Source of the DNA: an uncultured delta proteobacterium
Lineage (GTDB): Bacteria > Myxococcota > Myxococcia > Myxococcales > Myxococcaceae
Assembly (NCBI GenBank): GCA_963771175.1
Contig: CAVYSY010000051.1
Coordinates: forward strand, 128,001 to 192,000
DNA: 64,000 nucleotides
Direction of reading: 5' to 3'
Shown piece by piece: positions 10,676-21,876 of this stretch. The notes beneath the pieces were generated by a model. It worked only from the letters and a program-made list of their open reading frames with translations. It searched no databases and was not told where the DNA came from. Position numbers and translations under genes: made by a program. The first letter of the stretch is position 1; each line of letters opens with the position of its first letter.

Positions 10676-11957
10676 ATGCGTTTGCCGGACTGGAGAGCAG
10701 CGACTCCCACTGGGCCCCACACCCCCACGGTCGACGAGGTCGACTTCCGCTCGCTGTACCAGAAGACGAAGTACGTGGTGGAGACGGCCGACGGCTGGTC
10801 GCTGGTCATCACCCGCTACCGGCCGGTGAAGCAGCCCTTCGCGCAGCCGCTCTTCGGTGAGCCGCTGCTGCTGGTGCACGGCTTCTCGCAGAACCGCCAC
10901 ACCTGGACGAGCGGCCAGTTCGTCAAGAACCTGCTCTTCTTCGGCGTGGACATCCACATCCTGGAGCTGCGCGGGCACGGCAAGAGCTCGCATCGAGTTC
11001 CAGAGCGAGCGCGCCGCGCGCTTCCGCCGACCGCTGCCCGCCGGACCTGGACTACGGCTGGGACATCGACAGCTACTTCCTCTACGACCTGCCCGCGGCG
11101 GTGTCCGGGGTGAAGCGCATCACCCGGCGCGAGCGCATCTTCTACTGCGGCCACTCCATGGGCGGGATGCTCGGCTACGGCTACGCCGGCATCCACGACG
11201 ACTTCGAGGGCCTCATCACCATCGGCGCGCCGGCGGACCTGGGCCGCGGCTTCGTCGCTGCTGCGGATGCTCGCCCTGGGCACTCCGGCGCTGGGCGACG
11301 CCATCGACCTCGCGATCGCCGGCCTCAACCTGGAGGCGCGGGTGGGGCACGCGGGGCGGATGCTGCTCGCGCCGGGCGCCTCCGTGCTCAACGAGAGCAT
11401 GGCCCGGTGGCTGGAGCCCAAGGAGGGGCCTCAACGCCGCCAGTTCCACTACATCCCGGTGGACGACTGGCTGAAGTTCGCTCGAGCGACAGCTCGCCCG
11501 CGCCGAGGAGTACCCGCTCTTCAACCGCATCACCACCCGCGTCAACCGGTTGAGCAACCCCGCCCGCGTCAGCGCCCAGGACATCCGCTGGCTGCTGCGC
11601 GAGGGCGGCGAGCGCGAGCCTCGCAAGGTGGTGGAGCAGTTCGCCCGGTGGGTGCGCCGCGGCGAGCTGGTCTGCTACCGCACCGGCTACGACTTCAAGC
11701 GGGGCTTCTCGAAGATTCACATCCCCATGGCCATCATCTTCGGGGACATGGATCCGCTGGCCTCGGTGGAGTCCACCCGGAGCGTGTACCACGCGGCCCA
11801 GAGCGAGTACCTGCTGTGGCGGCCGGTGAAGGGCAACAGCCACATCGAGCTGACGATGGGGCACGACATCCGGCAGATCTGCTACGACATCAAGAACCTC
11901 ATCGAATACGCGCGCACCCACCGCACCCGGAAACCGGCGTTGCCCCGGTTGCGTTGA
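10676..11957 (+). CDS. Alpha/beta hydrolase, lipase-like (apparent indels)
   Basis: LLVHGFSQN, ELRGHG, nucleophile elbow GHSMGG, GDMD, SHIEL. Confidence 0.8.
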
Positions 11958-12068
11958 GTGGCCGGCCCGGGTTGCGTTGCGCACATTTCCAGTGGACTGG
12001 AAAGTTGGAGCCCGTGCGCTACATGCTACCTTGAGGCTGGAATGCGTCCGTCCAGAGTGGAGTCGTCG

Positions 12069-13591
12069 ATGAATGCCGTGGTGGTTTCGCTGCTCGCCTG
12101 CGTGCTGGTGCCCTTCCTGGCGCGCGCGCAGGAGGGGCAGGCCCAGGGCAATCTCAACACCATCACGAGCGTGAGCGTGCGGGGCGGCACGGTGGAGATC
12201 GTCGGGACGAAGAAGCCCAACTTCACCACCTTCACGATGACGGACCCGCCCCGACTGGTCATCGACATCTCCGAGGCCGTCTTCTCCGGGGTGAAGGAGG
12301 ACGCTGGCCGTCGGCAATGGCACCATCAGCGGCATCCGCACGGCCAGCTACGGCTCGGATGAGTCGGCCATCGCCCGCGTGCTCATCGGCTACGAGCGCG
12401 AGGTGGAGACGGACATCCAGGCCACCGGCAACTCGCTCGTGGTGAATGTGGTGGGCGGTGGCGCGGCCGTGGCGGCCCGGCCCACGGCTCCGGCCGGCCC
12501 GGCTCCGGCGGGCGCCGCTCCGACGGGGACGGCCACGACGCCTGGTACCACCGCGGAGCAGGCGGCCGTGGCGGCCCAGGCGGATCGGCAGCAGCAGGAG
12601 CGTGCCGCGGCGGATGCGGCGGCGGCGGCCCAGGTGGACCAGAAGCAGCAGGAGCGCGCGGCGGCGGACGCGGCGGCGGCGGCCCAGGCGGAGCGGCAGC
12701 AGCAGGAGCGCGCGGCGGCGGATGCGGCGGCGTCGGCCCAGGCGGACGCCGAGGCCCAGCGTCAGGCCCAGGCGCGCGCGGCGGCCGATCGCAAGGCCCA
12801 GGAGGAGTCCGCGCGAGCGGCGGCGGCTCAGTCGGAGCAGCAGCGCCTCCAGCAGGAGCGTGCTGCGAAGGAGGCGGCCGCGGCCGCCGAGAAGCAGCGC
12901 CGCGAGGACGAGGCTCGCGCCGCCGCCGAGGAGAAGAAGCGCCAGCAGGCCGAGGCCCAGGCTTCCGCGGCCTCCGCCGCCGAGGAGAAGAAGCGCCAGC
13001 AGGCCGAGGCGCGCGAGCGCCAGCGTGAGGAGGCCCAGGCCGCCGCGGAGGAGAAGAAGCGCCAGCAGGAGGAGGCCCGCGCCGCCGCGGAGGAGAAGAA
13101 GCGCGAGCAGGCCGAGGCGCGGCAGCGTCAGCGTGAGGAGGCCAAGGCCGCCGCGGAGGAGAAGAAGCGCGCAGCAGGCCGAGGCGCGTCAGGCTCGCGT
13201 CGCCCAGGCCGAGACGCCGCGCCGGGCTCCGGAGCAGGGGGAGCGCCTCGGCGTCTCCTCGGGCCGCACGACGCTGACGCTGGTGGGCTTCCGGCAGGAG
13301 TCCACGGGCTCGCGCGTCTTCGTGCGCACCAACGAGCCCGTTCGCTACTCCGTCTCCCGGGGCGAGAAGATGGTGGTGCTGGAGCTGGAGAACACCCGCA
13401 TCGCCGAGTCCAACAACACCCGTGCGCTGGACACCTCCTTCTTCGATACGGCGGTGGTCGCGGTGGATGCGGACGTGGGGCCCTCGAACACGGTGCGCGT
13501 GGCCATCCGGCTCAAGGAGCAGGTGCCCTACCAGACGCACCAGGAGGGCAACGAGGTCTCCATCGAGTTCCAGCGCCCCGCTGGCCGCTGA
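12069..13591 (+). CDS. Exported protein with two AMIN domains and a long Ala/Glu/Gln/Lys-rich linker (apparent indels near 12305 and 13170)
   Basis: Signal peptide ending ARA-Q; AMIN motif FTMTDPPRLVIDI; C-terminal AMIN-like SRVFVRT..VVLELENT..VRVAIRL. Confidence 0.78.
12571..13170 (+). repeat. Intragenic tandem repeats: three ~54-nt units (AAQAxRQQQERAAADAAA) and about five AAEEKKR(Q/E)Q units
   Basis: Repeated cagcaggagcg(c/t)gc(g/c)gcggcgga and gaggagaagaagcgc strings visible in the DNA. Confidence 0.85.
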
Positions 13592-13636
13592 TGCTGATAT
13601 AGGGCAGCGCGACGCCCCACCTGCGTCGAGAGGGTC

Positions 13637-16189
13637 ATGAGCTTCCTGCTGCCGGTGGCCGTGCTGCTGGTTTCGGCACAGCTACCTCTGTCCACCCAAC
13701 TCCAGCTCCCCACGGGGGAGACCGTGGAGCTGGCCGCCGACTACGTCCTGTACGAGCCGGGGAGTCAGGTGCTCACCGCGCGCGGCCACACCGTGCTGCG
13801 CTCGGGAGAGGTGCTGCTGCGCGCCGACGAGGTCACCTACGACCAGGCCAACGAGGTCGCCGTCGCCAAGGGCAACGTCATGCTCGTCAGCGGCTTGATG
13901 GCCGCCGTGGCCGACGAGGTGTCGGTGGACGTGAAGTCGCTCGAGGCCAACGTGAAGGGCGGCCTCTTCATGCAGAAGCGCGGCGTCTCCCCGGAGGCGC
14001 TGCTCGCCGCGCAGACGCCCCAAGAGCTGCGCGACCTGGGCGAGACGCCCGTGCTGATGAGCGGTACGCGCATCAAACGCACCGGACAGAACTCCTTCCA
14101 GGTGGACGGGCTCGCCTTCGCCCCGTGCCTCTGTGATGCGGACACGCCCACCTGGCGCATGGAGGCCAGCAGCGCCACCGTGGAGCTGGACGACCACGCC
14201 ACGCTCACCTGGCCGGTGGTGTACGTGCACTCGGTGCCGGTGTTCGCGCTGCCCTGGGTGTACGTGCCCCTGGCCGAGCGGCGCAGCGGCCTGCTCGTCC
14301 CGCGCCCCACGACGAGCGGCCTCAACGGCTTCTCCTTCGAGCAGCCGGTGTTCGTCACGCTCGGGCGCAGCTACGACCTCACCCTCACCCCCGCCTTCTA
14401 CCTGGGGGCCCCCGAGGCGGAGGTCTCGCGCTGGATACCCTCGACGGGCGAGACGTTGACCCGGCTCGAGCCGACCCGGAACGGCATCCGGGGGCCGCGC
14501 CTGCTCACGGAGTTCCGTTACATGCCCTCGAGGCGCACCGAGGGCCGTGCCACGCTGGGTCTGCTCTACGACCTCAAGCCCGTGCGCAACCCGGTCACGG
14601 GCGACTACTTCCTCGATGCCCAGCACGAGCTCATCCGCGAGCGGCGCGGGCTGCGCGGCGAGGCCTCTCTGCAGCACAAGCAGGAGCTGGGCGGTGGTTT
14701 CCACGACCGCATCGATGCCTTCGTCGTCTCCGACGGCTTCTACACGCGCGACGTCACCGCGGACATCGTGGCCCGCGAGAACCAGTACCTGCGCAGCACC
14801 GGCGTCCTCTACCACCGGGGCGACGACCGCTGGGCGGGCCTGGAGGTGGGTCTCCGCCAGGACATCCGCTGGGGCTACAGCCTGCTGGGTGGCAACGACG
14901 CTCCCGCCGGGGCGGTGCTCGACCGGCCCATCATTCCCGCGCCTCGCACCCTCCAGAAGCTCCCCGCGCTGACCTGGGCCCTGCCCGAGCGGCCCCTCCC
15001 CGGCGGGCTGGTGGGCAGCCTGCAGGTGGGGTTCACCCGCCTGTCTCCGCTGAGCTCCCTCTTTGGCGATGAGGGCGAGGACGGCCGCTACGACCCGGAT
15101 CGGCTGCTGACCGCCGCCAATCCCGGGGGCACCCGGGAAATCGATACCGCCCAGGGCAACGGCATCTTCGACGCCTCGGACCGGGAGGCGAGGGACCGGT
15201 TGGATGTACTCCCCCGGGTGTCCTCCTCGTTCGCCCTGGGCCGGTTCGCTCGCCTCACCCCCGCGCTCGCGCTGCGTCAGGACTTCTATGTGGGGGAGGT
15301 CTCCGGCCGGACGGCGCAGCGGGGCTACCCCCTCCTGGACCTGGTCGCGGACTCCGAGCTGGCGCGGACCTTCGAGCTCGGCGGCACCTCCCTCCGGCAC
15401 TCCATCATGCCCTCCGTGTGGCTGCGCTATGTGCCCATCGTCTGGGGAGGCCTGCCCTCGCCCGGTGCCTCGCCGGATGGCCCGGGTCAGGCCTATGACG
15501 AGATCGACGCCGCCCTGCCCGCCACCCCCGTGGGCGCGGCGCCGCGCTTCCTCCACGCCCTGGTGGAGCTGAACCAGACGCTCCTCTCGCGGCGGCAGGG
15601 GATTCGGAGCGAGCTCGTCCGCCTGACCCTCGGGCAGGGGTTCGACCTGTCCAGGTACGCCCCCACGCTGGGGCGCGGCACCGCGCTGGAGGACGATCGG
15701 ACCGTGCGCGACACCTATGGCCGGTTGTCCGCCAATGTGGGCCGCTTCACCGGCAACGGGCTCCTCCGGTATGACCCGAACACCAACCGCATCGCCCAGC
15801 TCAGCGCCGACTTCCGCATCTCCGTTCCCCAGGGGGAGCTCTTCGCCGGTTATGACGACCTGATCGGCGTGGGCTCGGATCGCCTGCGCCGGAGCCTGGA
15901 TGCCCTGGTAGGGCCTGCTCGCACGAGTGACCAGCGAGCACAGTTCCTCAGAGCGGGGACGCAGGTGACGCTCGGCTTTGGGCTCGGGATACGATACGAG
16001 GCCATCGTACAACCACAGGCTCGCAGCGAGTCTCCCCTCAACCAGCAGTGGCTCGCGGTGTCGTATGGCCCCGCGTGCAACTGCTGGCGAATCGAAGGGG
16101 TAGCTCGGCTCGAAAGGGGGCGAGCGCGTCCAGACTTCGGTGTGAACCTCACGATCACCGGGGTGGGGACGTTCGGAACCGGGGGGTAG
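13637..16189 (+). CDS. lptD: LPS-assembly protein LptD
   Basis: N-terminal OstA-like beta-jellyroll (ARGHTVLRSGEVLLRADEVTYDQ), PVFALPW, RRSGLLVP, C-terminal CNCW and barrel-type terminal strand. Confidence 0.85.
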   Translation: MSFLLPVAVLLVSAQLPLSTQLQLPTGETVELAADYVLYEPGSQVLTARGHTVLRSGEVLLRADEVTYDQANEVAVAKGNVMLVSGLMAAVADEVSVDVKSLEANVKGGLFMQKRGVSPEALLAAQTPQELRDLGETPVLMSGTRIKRTGQNSFQVDGLAFAPCLCDADTPTWRMEASSATVELDDHATLTWPVVYVHSVPVFALPWVYVPLAERRSGLLVPRPTTSGLNGFSFEQPVFVTLGRSYDLTLTPAFYLGAPEAEVSRWIPSTGETLTRLEPTRNGIRGPRLLTEFRYMPSRRTEGRATLGLLYDLKPVRNPVTGDYFLDAQHELIRERRGLRGEASLQHKQELGGGFHDRIDAFVVSDGFYTRDVTADIVARENQYLRSTGVLYHRGDDRWAGLEVGLRQDIRWGYSLLGGNDAPAGAVLDRPIIPAPRTLQKLPALTWALPERPLPGGLVGSLQVGFTRLSPLSSLFGDEGEDGRYDPDRLLTAANPGGTREIDTAQGNGIFDASDREARDRLDVLPRVSSSFALGRFARLTPALALRQDFYVGEVSGRTAQRGYPLLDLVADSELARTFELGGTSLRHSIMPSVWLRYVPIVWGGLPSPGASPDGPGQAYDEIDAALPATPVGAAPRFLHALVELNQTLLSRRQGIRSELVRLTLGQGFDLSRYAPTLGRGTALEDDRTVRDTYGRLSANVGRFTGNGLLRYDPNTNRIAQLSADFRISVPQGELFAGYDDLIGVGSDRLRRSLDALVGPARTSDQRAQFLRAGTQVTLGFGLGIRYEAIVQPQARSESPLNQQWLAVSYGPACNCWRIEGVARLERGRARPDFGVNLTITGVGTFGTGG

Positions 16190-16258
16190 GAATCCCCGGC
16201 GCGTGTGCGTGGTTCTTTCACTCCCTGACGGATTCCCCTGTGGAGGACGAGGCCTTTC

Positions 16259-16609
16259 GTGTCGGAACTCGGCAAACGTATTGGACAGCGCATTCGTGAA
16301 CTTCGCACCCAGCGTCCGGAGCGGTGGACGCAGGAGGAGCTCGCGGAACGGGCGCAAATCAGCGTCTCCTTCCTCTCGATGATCGAGCGGGGAGAGCGCG
16401 TTGCGCATGTGGAAACTCTTGCCGCCCTGGCCTTGGCCCTGGGCGTGAGCCTCGGCGAGCTCTTCGCGGGAACGGAGGAGACTCCGGCGCAGACGGAGGA
16501 CCTGCTGCGCCCGTTGTCGGACTTCGCCCGGGCCAGGGGCCTGACGGCCCGGGATGTAGAGCGCCTGCTGGGCGTGGCTCGCGCCATGTTCAGCGGCTCG
16601 GCGGCCTGA
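16259..16609 (+). CDS. XRE-family helix-turn-helix transcriptional regulator
   Basis: IGQRIRELR..WTQEELAERAQISVSFLSMIERGER. Confidence 0.9.
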   Translation: MSELGKRIGQRIRELRTQRPERWTQEELAERAQISVSFLSMIERGERVAHVETLAALALALGVSLGELFAGTEETPAQTEDLLRPLSDFARARGLTARDVERLLGVARAMFSGSAA

Positions 16610-16728
16610 CCCAGCAGCCTGGATGGCTGCCGTCCTTGACGGGACGCATCTGAGACCGGGAAGATGGGAAGTGTTGGCTGTGCGTCAACAACGCGCGGCT
16701 CTCTTCCCCTTCGAAGGAGTCTTCTCAG

Positions 16729-18262
16729 ATGCGTCTGGGTCTCGCCGTGTGGGTGGCGATCACGAGCGGGGTGCTGGCAGCTTGCAGCCCCCCGGCCCCG
16801 TCGACGCTGGAGTTCGTGGAACAATCCCCGCTCCAGCCTCGGCTCGGGGAGATCACCACGTTGAGCTTCCGCGCCATTGATTCTCGAGGCGAACCGCAGC
16901 CGGGTGTGCATGTCGTCTTCGAGCTGCAGGCCCCCGTGTCGGGTGTCGAGCTCAATCCCCTCGAGGCGGATACCAATGTGGGCACGGGTATCGCCTCCAC
17001 CCAGGTGGTGGCCAAGGGAGGCCGTGTGTCCTCCGTGGTCGTCATCGCCCGGGTGGCTGACAAGGTGGCCACCAGCCCCGCGGTCACCTTCGCGGGCTCC
17101 AGCTCCAACTCCCGCCAGTTCACCTTCCAGTGCGGTCCCATCGCCGGTGCCGGCTTCGGGTGGCGTGCACGCCATCGGCGCCTATGACGAGACGCGTCAT
17201 CTGATTGCCGGCGTGAAGCTGAACTGCGTCGCCCACGTGGCGGACCGCAACGGCGACGGCATCAGCGGGGCGCAGGTGTCCTTCCTCACCGAGGCCGGCA
17301 CCATCGGCCCCAGCTCCACCTCCGAGACGGACGTGGTGGGCAATGCCCCGGTCCTCTACAAGACCTCGTTGCCGCTGCCCGAGGACGTGTCCCCGGGCTC
17401 CTTCACCTGGAACCCCTCCACCGATGCCACCCACACTGGCGAGTACCTCGCCCCGCTGTGGATGCACCCGTTCGGCTGGGTGGAGGATCCGATCGCCAAT
17501 TTCGACAAGGAGCCCACCTTCCAGGAGCCGCGCCGGCCGGATCCCATCCGTCCGGGCAAGGAGAACAACCCCCGCGACAACCTGGTGACCATGATCGCCG
17601 TCACCACGGGCGAGGAGGCCTTCGACGACCTCAACAACAACGGCCTCCGGGAGGAGACCGAGCCGTTCGTCGACCTCACCGAGCCCTTCGTCGACAACAA
17701 CGACAACGGCACGTGGGACACGGACGAGCGCTACGTCGACGCCAACGGCAACGGCGTGTGGGATGGCAAGAACGGCAAGTACGACGCCGTCACCCTCATC
17801 TGGGTCCAGGAGCGCATCCTCTGGACGGGCTGGGCGCACAAGGAGGACCGCGAGCCGGCCACCGCGCGCAACCCCAAGCCGGTCATCAAGTCGCTCAAGC
17901 CCGCCCTCCCGGTGACGATCGCCAAGTTCGAAGGGGTGTCCGCGGAGTTCCTGCTGGCGGACCCCTGGTTCAACGGCATGGCCCGCAGCAACGGCGACGA
18001 GGACGGGTGCACCGCGGAGGCGGTGGGGCCCATCGCGGTGGCCCCCATGGCCCGGGGCAGGGCCTTCACCTACCCGGCCTTCACGCTGATGCGCTACCTC
18101 ATCAAGGACACTCGCGATCCCACCGACCCCACCGCCCCGAACTACACCGCCCCTGGCGTCAAGTTCGAGGTGTCGGCGGGCTGCTCCTTCACCGCCTCGC
18201 CGGTGGAGGGCTACAAGACCGTGATCGCGGCGCCCACGGTGAGCGGCTACGTCTTCCCGTGA
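16729..18262 (+). CDS. Lipoprotein with Ig-like (Big_1/invasin-type) domains and DxNxNG calcium-binding motifs (apparent indel near 17150)
   Basis: Lipobox LAAC; DSRGEPQPGVHVVF and DRNGDGISGAQVSF; DLNNNG, DNNDNG, DANGNG. Confidence 0.75.
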
Positions 18263-18281
18263 CGAGGCGCGGCAAAGGGCA

Positions 18282-18335
18282 TTGACCGCGAGCCCCTCCC
18301 TCCGTACCGTCCTCCCTGGCTGATTGCTCTAGTCA
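18282..18335 (+). promoter_or_regulatory. Sigma70-like promoter (TTGACC-17-TACCGT) followed by an imperfect palindrome TGATT-N5-AGTCA, candidate TetR operator
   Basis: Motifs at 18282-18287, 18305-18310 and 18321-18335, directly upstream of the tetR gene. Confidence 0.5.
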
Positions 18336-18357
18336 ACCGGCCGGGGAGAGCCAGCGC

Positions 18358-19071
18358 GTGAGTCCGCAGCAGCGCAAGTCGGAGGAGGCAGGGAGTCGGG
18401 AGAACGAGCGCCGCCGCACCATCCTGCGCGCGGCGATCGAGGTGTTCGCGCGCAAGGGCTACCACGGCTGCCGCATCGCGGACGTGGCGCGCGAGGCGGG
18501 CGTCGCCTACGGGCTCGTCTACCACTACTTCAAGAACAAGGATGAGCTGCTCGAGTCCGTCGTTCGAGACCGGGTGGAGCGGCTTCGTCTCGCGCATGCG
18601 CGCGGTGGCCCAGGGCGAGGGCTCGCTCGAGGAGAAGGTGCGCGGCATCGCGGACGTGGCCTTCGAGGCCTACCGGGTGGATCCGCGCGCGGTGAAGGTG
18701 CTGATCCTGGAGGTCGGCCGCAGCCCCGCGGGCAGCCGGCGGTCAACCGGCAGCACGGCCTTCGCCGATGCCATCCGCATGGCCGCGGACATGTTCGCGC
18801 ACGCCCAGGCGGCGCGGCGAGCTGCGCCCGGACGTCGACCCGATGCTCTGCGCGTCGCTGCTCTTCGGCGCCATCGAGATGGGCCTGACCGCCTTCGTGT
18901 TGGGGCTGATGGAAGACCGCAGTGCCCGAGGCTCTCGACCGGGCCAAGGTGCAGATCGCCGAGACCTTCCTTCACGGCGTCCTTCCCGGCGACGCCACTT
19001 CCGCGGAGGTCGTCATGGAAGCAGGAGAAGTCGCGTCCGGTACCAAGGCGAAGGCGGGCAAGCGCTCCTGA
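18358..19071 (+). CDS. TetR/AcrR family transcriptional regulator (apparent indels; 3' end approximate)
   Basis: ILRAAIEVFARKGYHGCRIADVAREAGVAYGLVYHYFKNKDELL. Confidence 0.88.
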
Positions 19072-19804
19072 CCATCGATCGGCCGAGGGCGCGCAACGCG
19101 CTCTCGCCGGAGGTGTTGCAGGGCCTGCTGGCCGCGCTGGACCAGGCCGAGGCCGACCCCGCCGTGCGCGTGGTGGTGCTCACCGGCGCGGGCGAGAAGG
19201 TGTTCTGCGCCGGCGGCGACCTCGGGCAGCTGGGCGGGGAGGGCGGCTTCCTCGCCGGCCACGAGGGGCGCCGCGTCTACGGCGCGGCTGCTGCAGCGGC
19301 TGCAGGACCTGCGCAAGCCCACGGTGGCGCGGGTCAACGGCCACGCGCTCGCGGGCGGGCTGGGGCTGGTGCTCGCGTGCGACCTGGCGGTGGCGGCCGA
19401 GCACGCCGAGCTGGGCACGCCGGAGATCGACGTGGGGCTCTTCCCCATGATGGTGATGGCGCTGCTGCAGCGGCACCTGGGCCGCAAGCGGGCGCTGGAG
19501 CTGGTGCTGACCGGGGAGCGGCTGCCGGCGCGCGAGGCGCTCGCGCTGGGGCTGCTCAACCGGGTGGTGCCCGCGGCCGAGCTGGACACGACGGTGGCGG
19601 GCGCTCGCGGGGAAGCTCGCGGGCAAGAGCCAGGCGGTGCTCGCCCTGGGGCGCCGCGCCTTCTTCACCGCCGAGGACATGCCCCTGCCGGCCGCCCTGG
19701 AGTACCTGGCCTCGCAGCTCTCGCTCAACGTGCTGGCCGAGGACGCCGCCGAGGGCGTCACCGCCTTCCTCGAGAAGCGCCCCCCGAAGTGGAACGACCG
19801 CTGA
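19015..19804 (+). CDS. Enoyl-CoA hydratase/isomerase family protein (apparent indels)
   Basis: IDRPRARNAL, FCAGGDL, VNGHALAGG, GTPEIDVG, EGVTAFLEKRPPKW. Confidence 0.88.
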
Positions 19805-19832
19805 GCTCTCGAAGTCCCCGAGGAGGTGCCCC

Positions 19833-20728
19833 ATGCCGCTGTCGAAGGACAAGGTCATCGTCACCTGCGCGCTGACGGGCGTGCTGGCGAAGCGAGATCA
19901 GTGCCCCTACCTGCCGTACTCCCCGGTGGAGATCGCCGAGGAGGCCCGGCGCGCCTACGAGGCCGGCGCCGCGGTGGTGCACATCCACGGCCGCGAGCCC
20001 GACTCGGGGGACCAGTCCTGGAGCGCGGACATCTACGGGCAGATCAAGGAAGAGGTGCGCAAGCGCTCGCCCATCATCATCAACTTCTCCACCGGCGGCT
20101 TCAACATGGGGGTGGCGTCCGAGGCGGAGAAGAAGGCGCGGCTGGCCTACGTGTGCGAAGACGCGGCCGGAGATGGCCGCGCTCAACATGGGGTCGATGA
20201 ACTACGCGAAGTACTCGGAGAAGCGGAAGGAGTTCGTCTTCGACTTCGTGTTCCCCAACCCCTTCTCGGACATCCTGCTGGCAGTGCGACGCCATGCGCG
20301 AGGGCGGGGTGAAGCCGGAGCTGGAGTGCTTCGACCTCGGCCACGTCCACAACGCCGAGCCGCTGCTGGCCATGGGCGCGCTCAAGGGGCCGCTGCAGTA
20401 CAGCTTCATCCTCGGCGTGCTCGGCGGCGTGCCGCCCTCGGCGGAGAACCTGCTGGCCATGGCGCGGCAGATCCGCCCCGAGGACACCTGGGAGGTGATC
20501 GGCATCTCCCGGGTGCAGTGGACGCTGGTGGCCGCGGCGCTGGCGCTCGGCGGCAACGTCCGCGTGGGCCTGGAGGACAACTTCTACCTGGACGCGGCCG
20601 GCACGGAGATGGCCAAGGGGAACGGGCCGCTGGTGGAGAAGGCGGTGCGGCTCGCGCGGGACATCGGTCGCGAGCCGATGAGCCCGGACGAGGCCCGGGC
20701 CGCGCTCGGCATCGGCCAGTCCTGGTGA
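19833..20728 (+). CDS. Beta-keto acid cleavage enzyme (BKACE/Kce, DUF849) (apparent indels)
   Basis: [44 protein letters not shown]. Confidence 0.9.
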
Positions 20729-20731
20729 GCG

Positions 20732-21637
20732 CTACTCCTTCTCGCGCTGGGTGACGGCCGGGGCGCCGCCGAAGTCGAGCTTCAGCAGCGTCTCGCCGTC
20801 CACCCACAGCTCGTCCACCTTCACGCCCCAGTGGAGGTGGGGGCCGGTGACGCGGCCGGTGCTGCCCACCTTGCCCAGGAGCTGGCCGCGCTCCACGCGC
20901 GCCCCCTCCTTCACGTCCGTGGCCGAGAGGTGGAAGTAGGCCGTGTAGAGGCCGGCCCCGTGGTGCAGGAGCACCGTGTTGCCCGAGGCGTAGGCGTCGC
21001 GCGTCATCACCACCGTGCCCGCGTTGGCGGCGTACACCGGCACGCCCGTGGCCCCGCGGATGTCGGTGCCGTAGTGCTGGCTCTGCTTCTTGCCGTTGTA
21101 GGTGCGCAGATCGCCATAGGGCGCGGTGATGGTGTCCTGGCGCGGCCAGGCGAAGTTCTCGCCGAAGAGCGGAGGGGCGAAGGACTGCGCGAAGGCGGCG
21201 GCGAAGGCGGCCCTGTCCGCTTCCATGCGCGCCTGCACCTCGGGGTCTGGCTTCGTCTTCACGAACTTGTTGGACACCTTCAGCGTGCGCGACGGCCAGC
21301 TCGCGGCCACCACGTCCAGCTTCCCCTTGAGCTCCACGGGGGCGGCGCCGCCAACGGTGGGCGCCGTCACCTTCACGGGCACCTGTCCCGGCGTCAGCTC
21401 CAGCGGAATCCCGGTGAGGGCCTGGAAGCCATCGCGCACCGGGTAGAAGCGCAGGGGGCGCTCTCCGAGGGTGCCGGTGGGCGCCTCGGTGAGACCGCTC
21501 ACGGTGACGAGCACCGGATCTCCTGGCCGCGCCACCTCGGGCTGGAGGGAGAGGTGGGGACGTTCCTCGGCGGCGTAGGCGGACAGGCCGAGGACCAGTA
21601 GGAGGAAGGGCAGCCTCCGGAGGGGGGAGATATTCAC
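20732..21637 (-). CDS. M23 family metallopeptidase, exported
   Basis: [33 protein letters not shown]; signal peptide. Confidence 0.92.
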   Translation of the reverse strand: MNISPLRRLPFLLLVLGLSAYAAEERPHLSLQPEVARPGDPVLVTVSGLTEAPTGTLGERPLRFYPVRDGFQALTGIPLELTPGQVPVKVTAPTVGGAAPVELKGKLDVVAASWPSRTLKVSNKFVKTKPDPEVQARMEADRAAFAAAFAQSFAPPLFGENFAWPRQDTITAPYGDLRTYNGKKQSQHYGTDIRGATGVPVYAANAGTVVMTRDAYASGNTVLLHHGAGLYTAYFHLSATDVKEGARVERGQLLGKVGSTGRVTGPHLHWGVKVDELWVDGETLLKLDFGGAPAVTQREKE

Positions 21638-21876
21638 GGGGGGCGAGATATGCGTGCGGGAGGGGGAGCGTCAACGACTGCCGGCCGCGACAACCCCCCG
21701 AATGTTCGTCGTGTGGCTGTCAGCGCCGAGCTCCGGAAGGGGAGGGGGCGCATGCCGCGCTACCCGAGGGGTAGGCGGACGGGCAGGCCCCCGGGAGTCT
21801 CAGCGTTCCCTCCGCACATACCTCTCCCTAGCTTCTCGCGTATCCGTTTTTCTGTTTCTGAGGGGGAGATAATCGG

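Noticed and set aside
5080..11957. purN, purM, accD, folC and neighbours as pseudogenes or programmed frameshifts
   Set aside because: Several are normally essential, motifs stay intact on both sides of each break, and no consistent slippery sequence is visible; sequencing indels are the simpler explanation.
12571..13170. CRISPR-like or non-coding repeat array
   Set aside because: The repeats are in frame, vary at synonymous positions and encode a helical linker.
13682..16408. Very long antisense ORFs (908 aa here, 973 aa at 26941-29862, 773 aa at 61643-63964)
   Set aside because: They are shadow frames opposite well-supported genes, expected in high-GC DNA, and carry no recognisable motifs.
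18358..19804. aibR/liu isovaleryl-CoA operon
   Set aside because: No CoA-transferase-like aibA/B, aibC or HMG-CoA synthase genes are adjacent.
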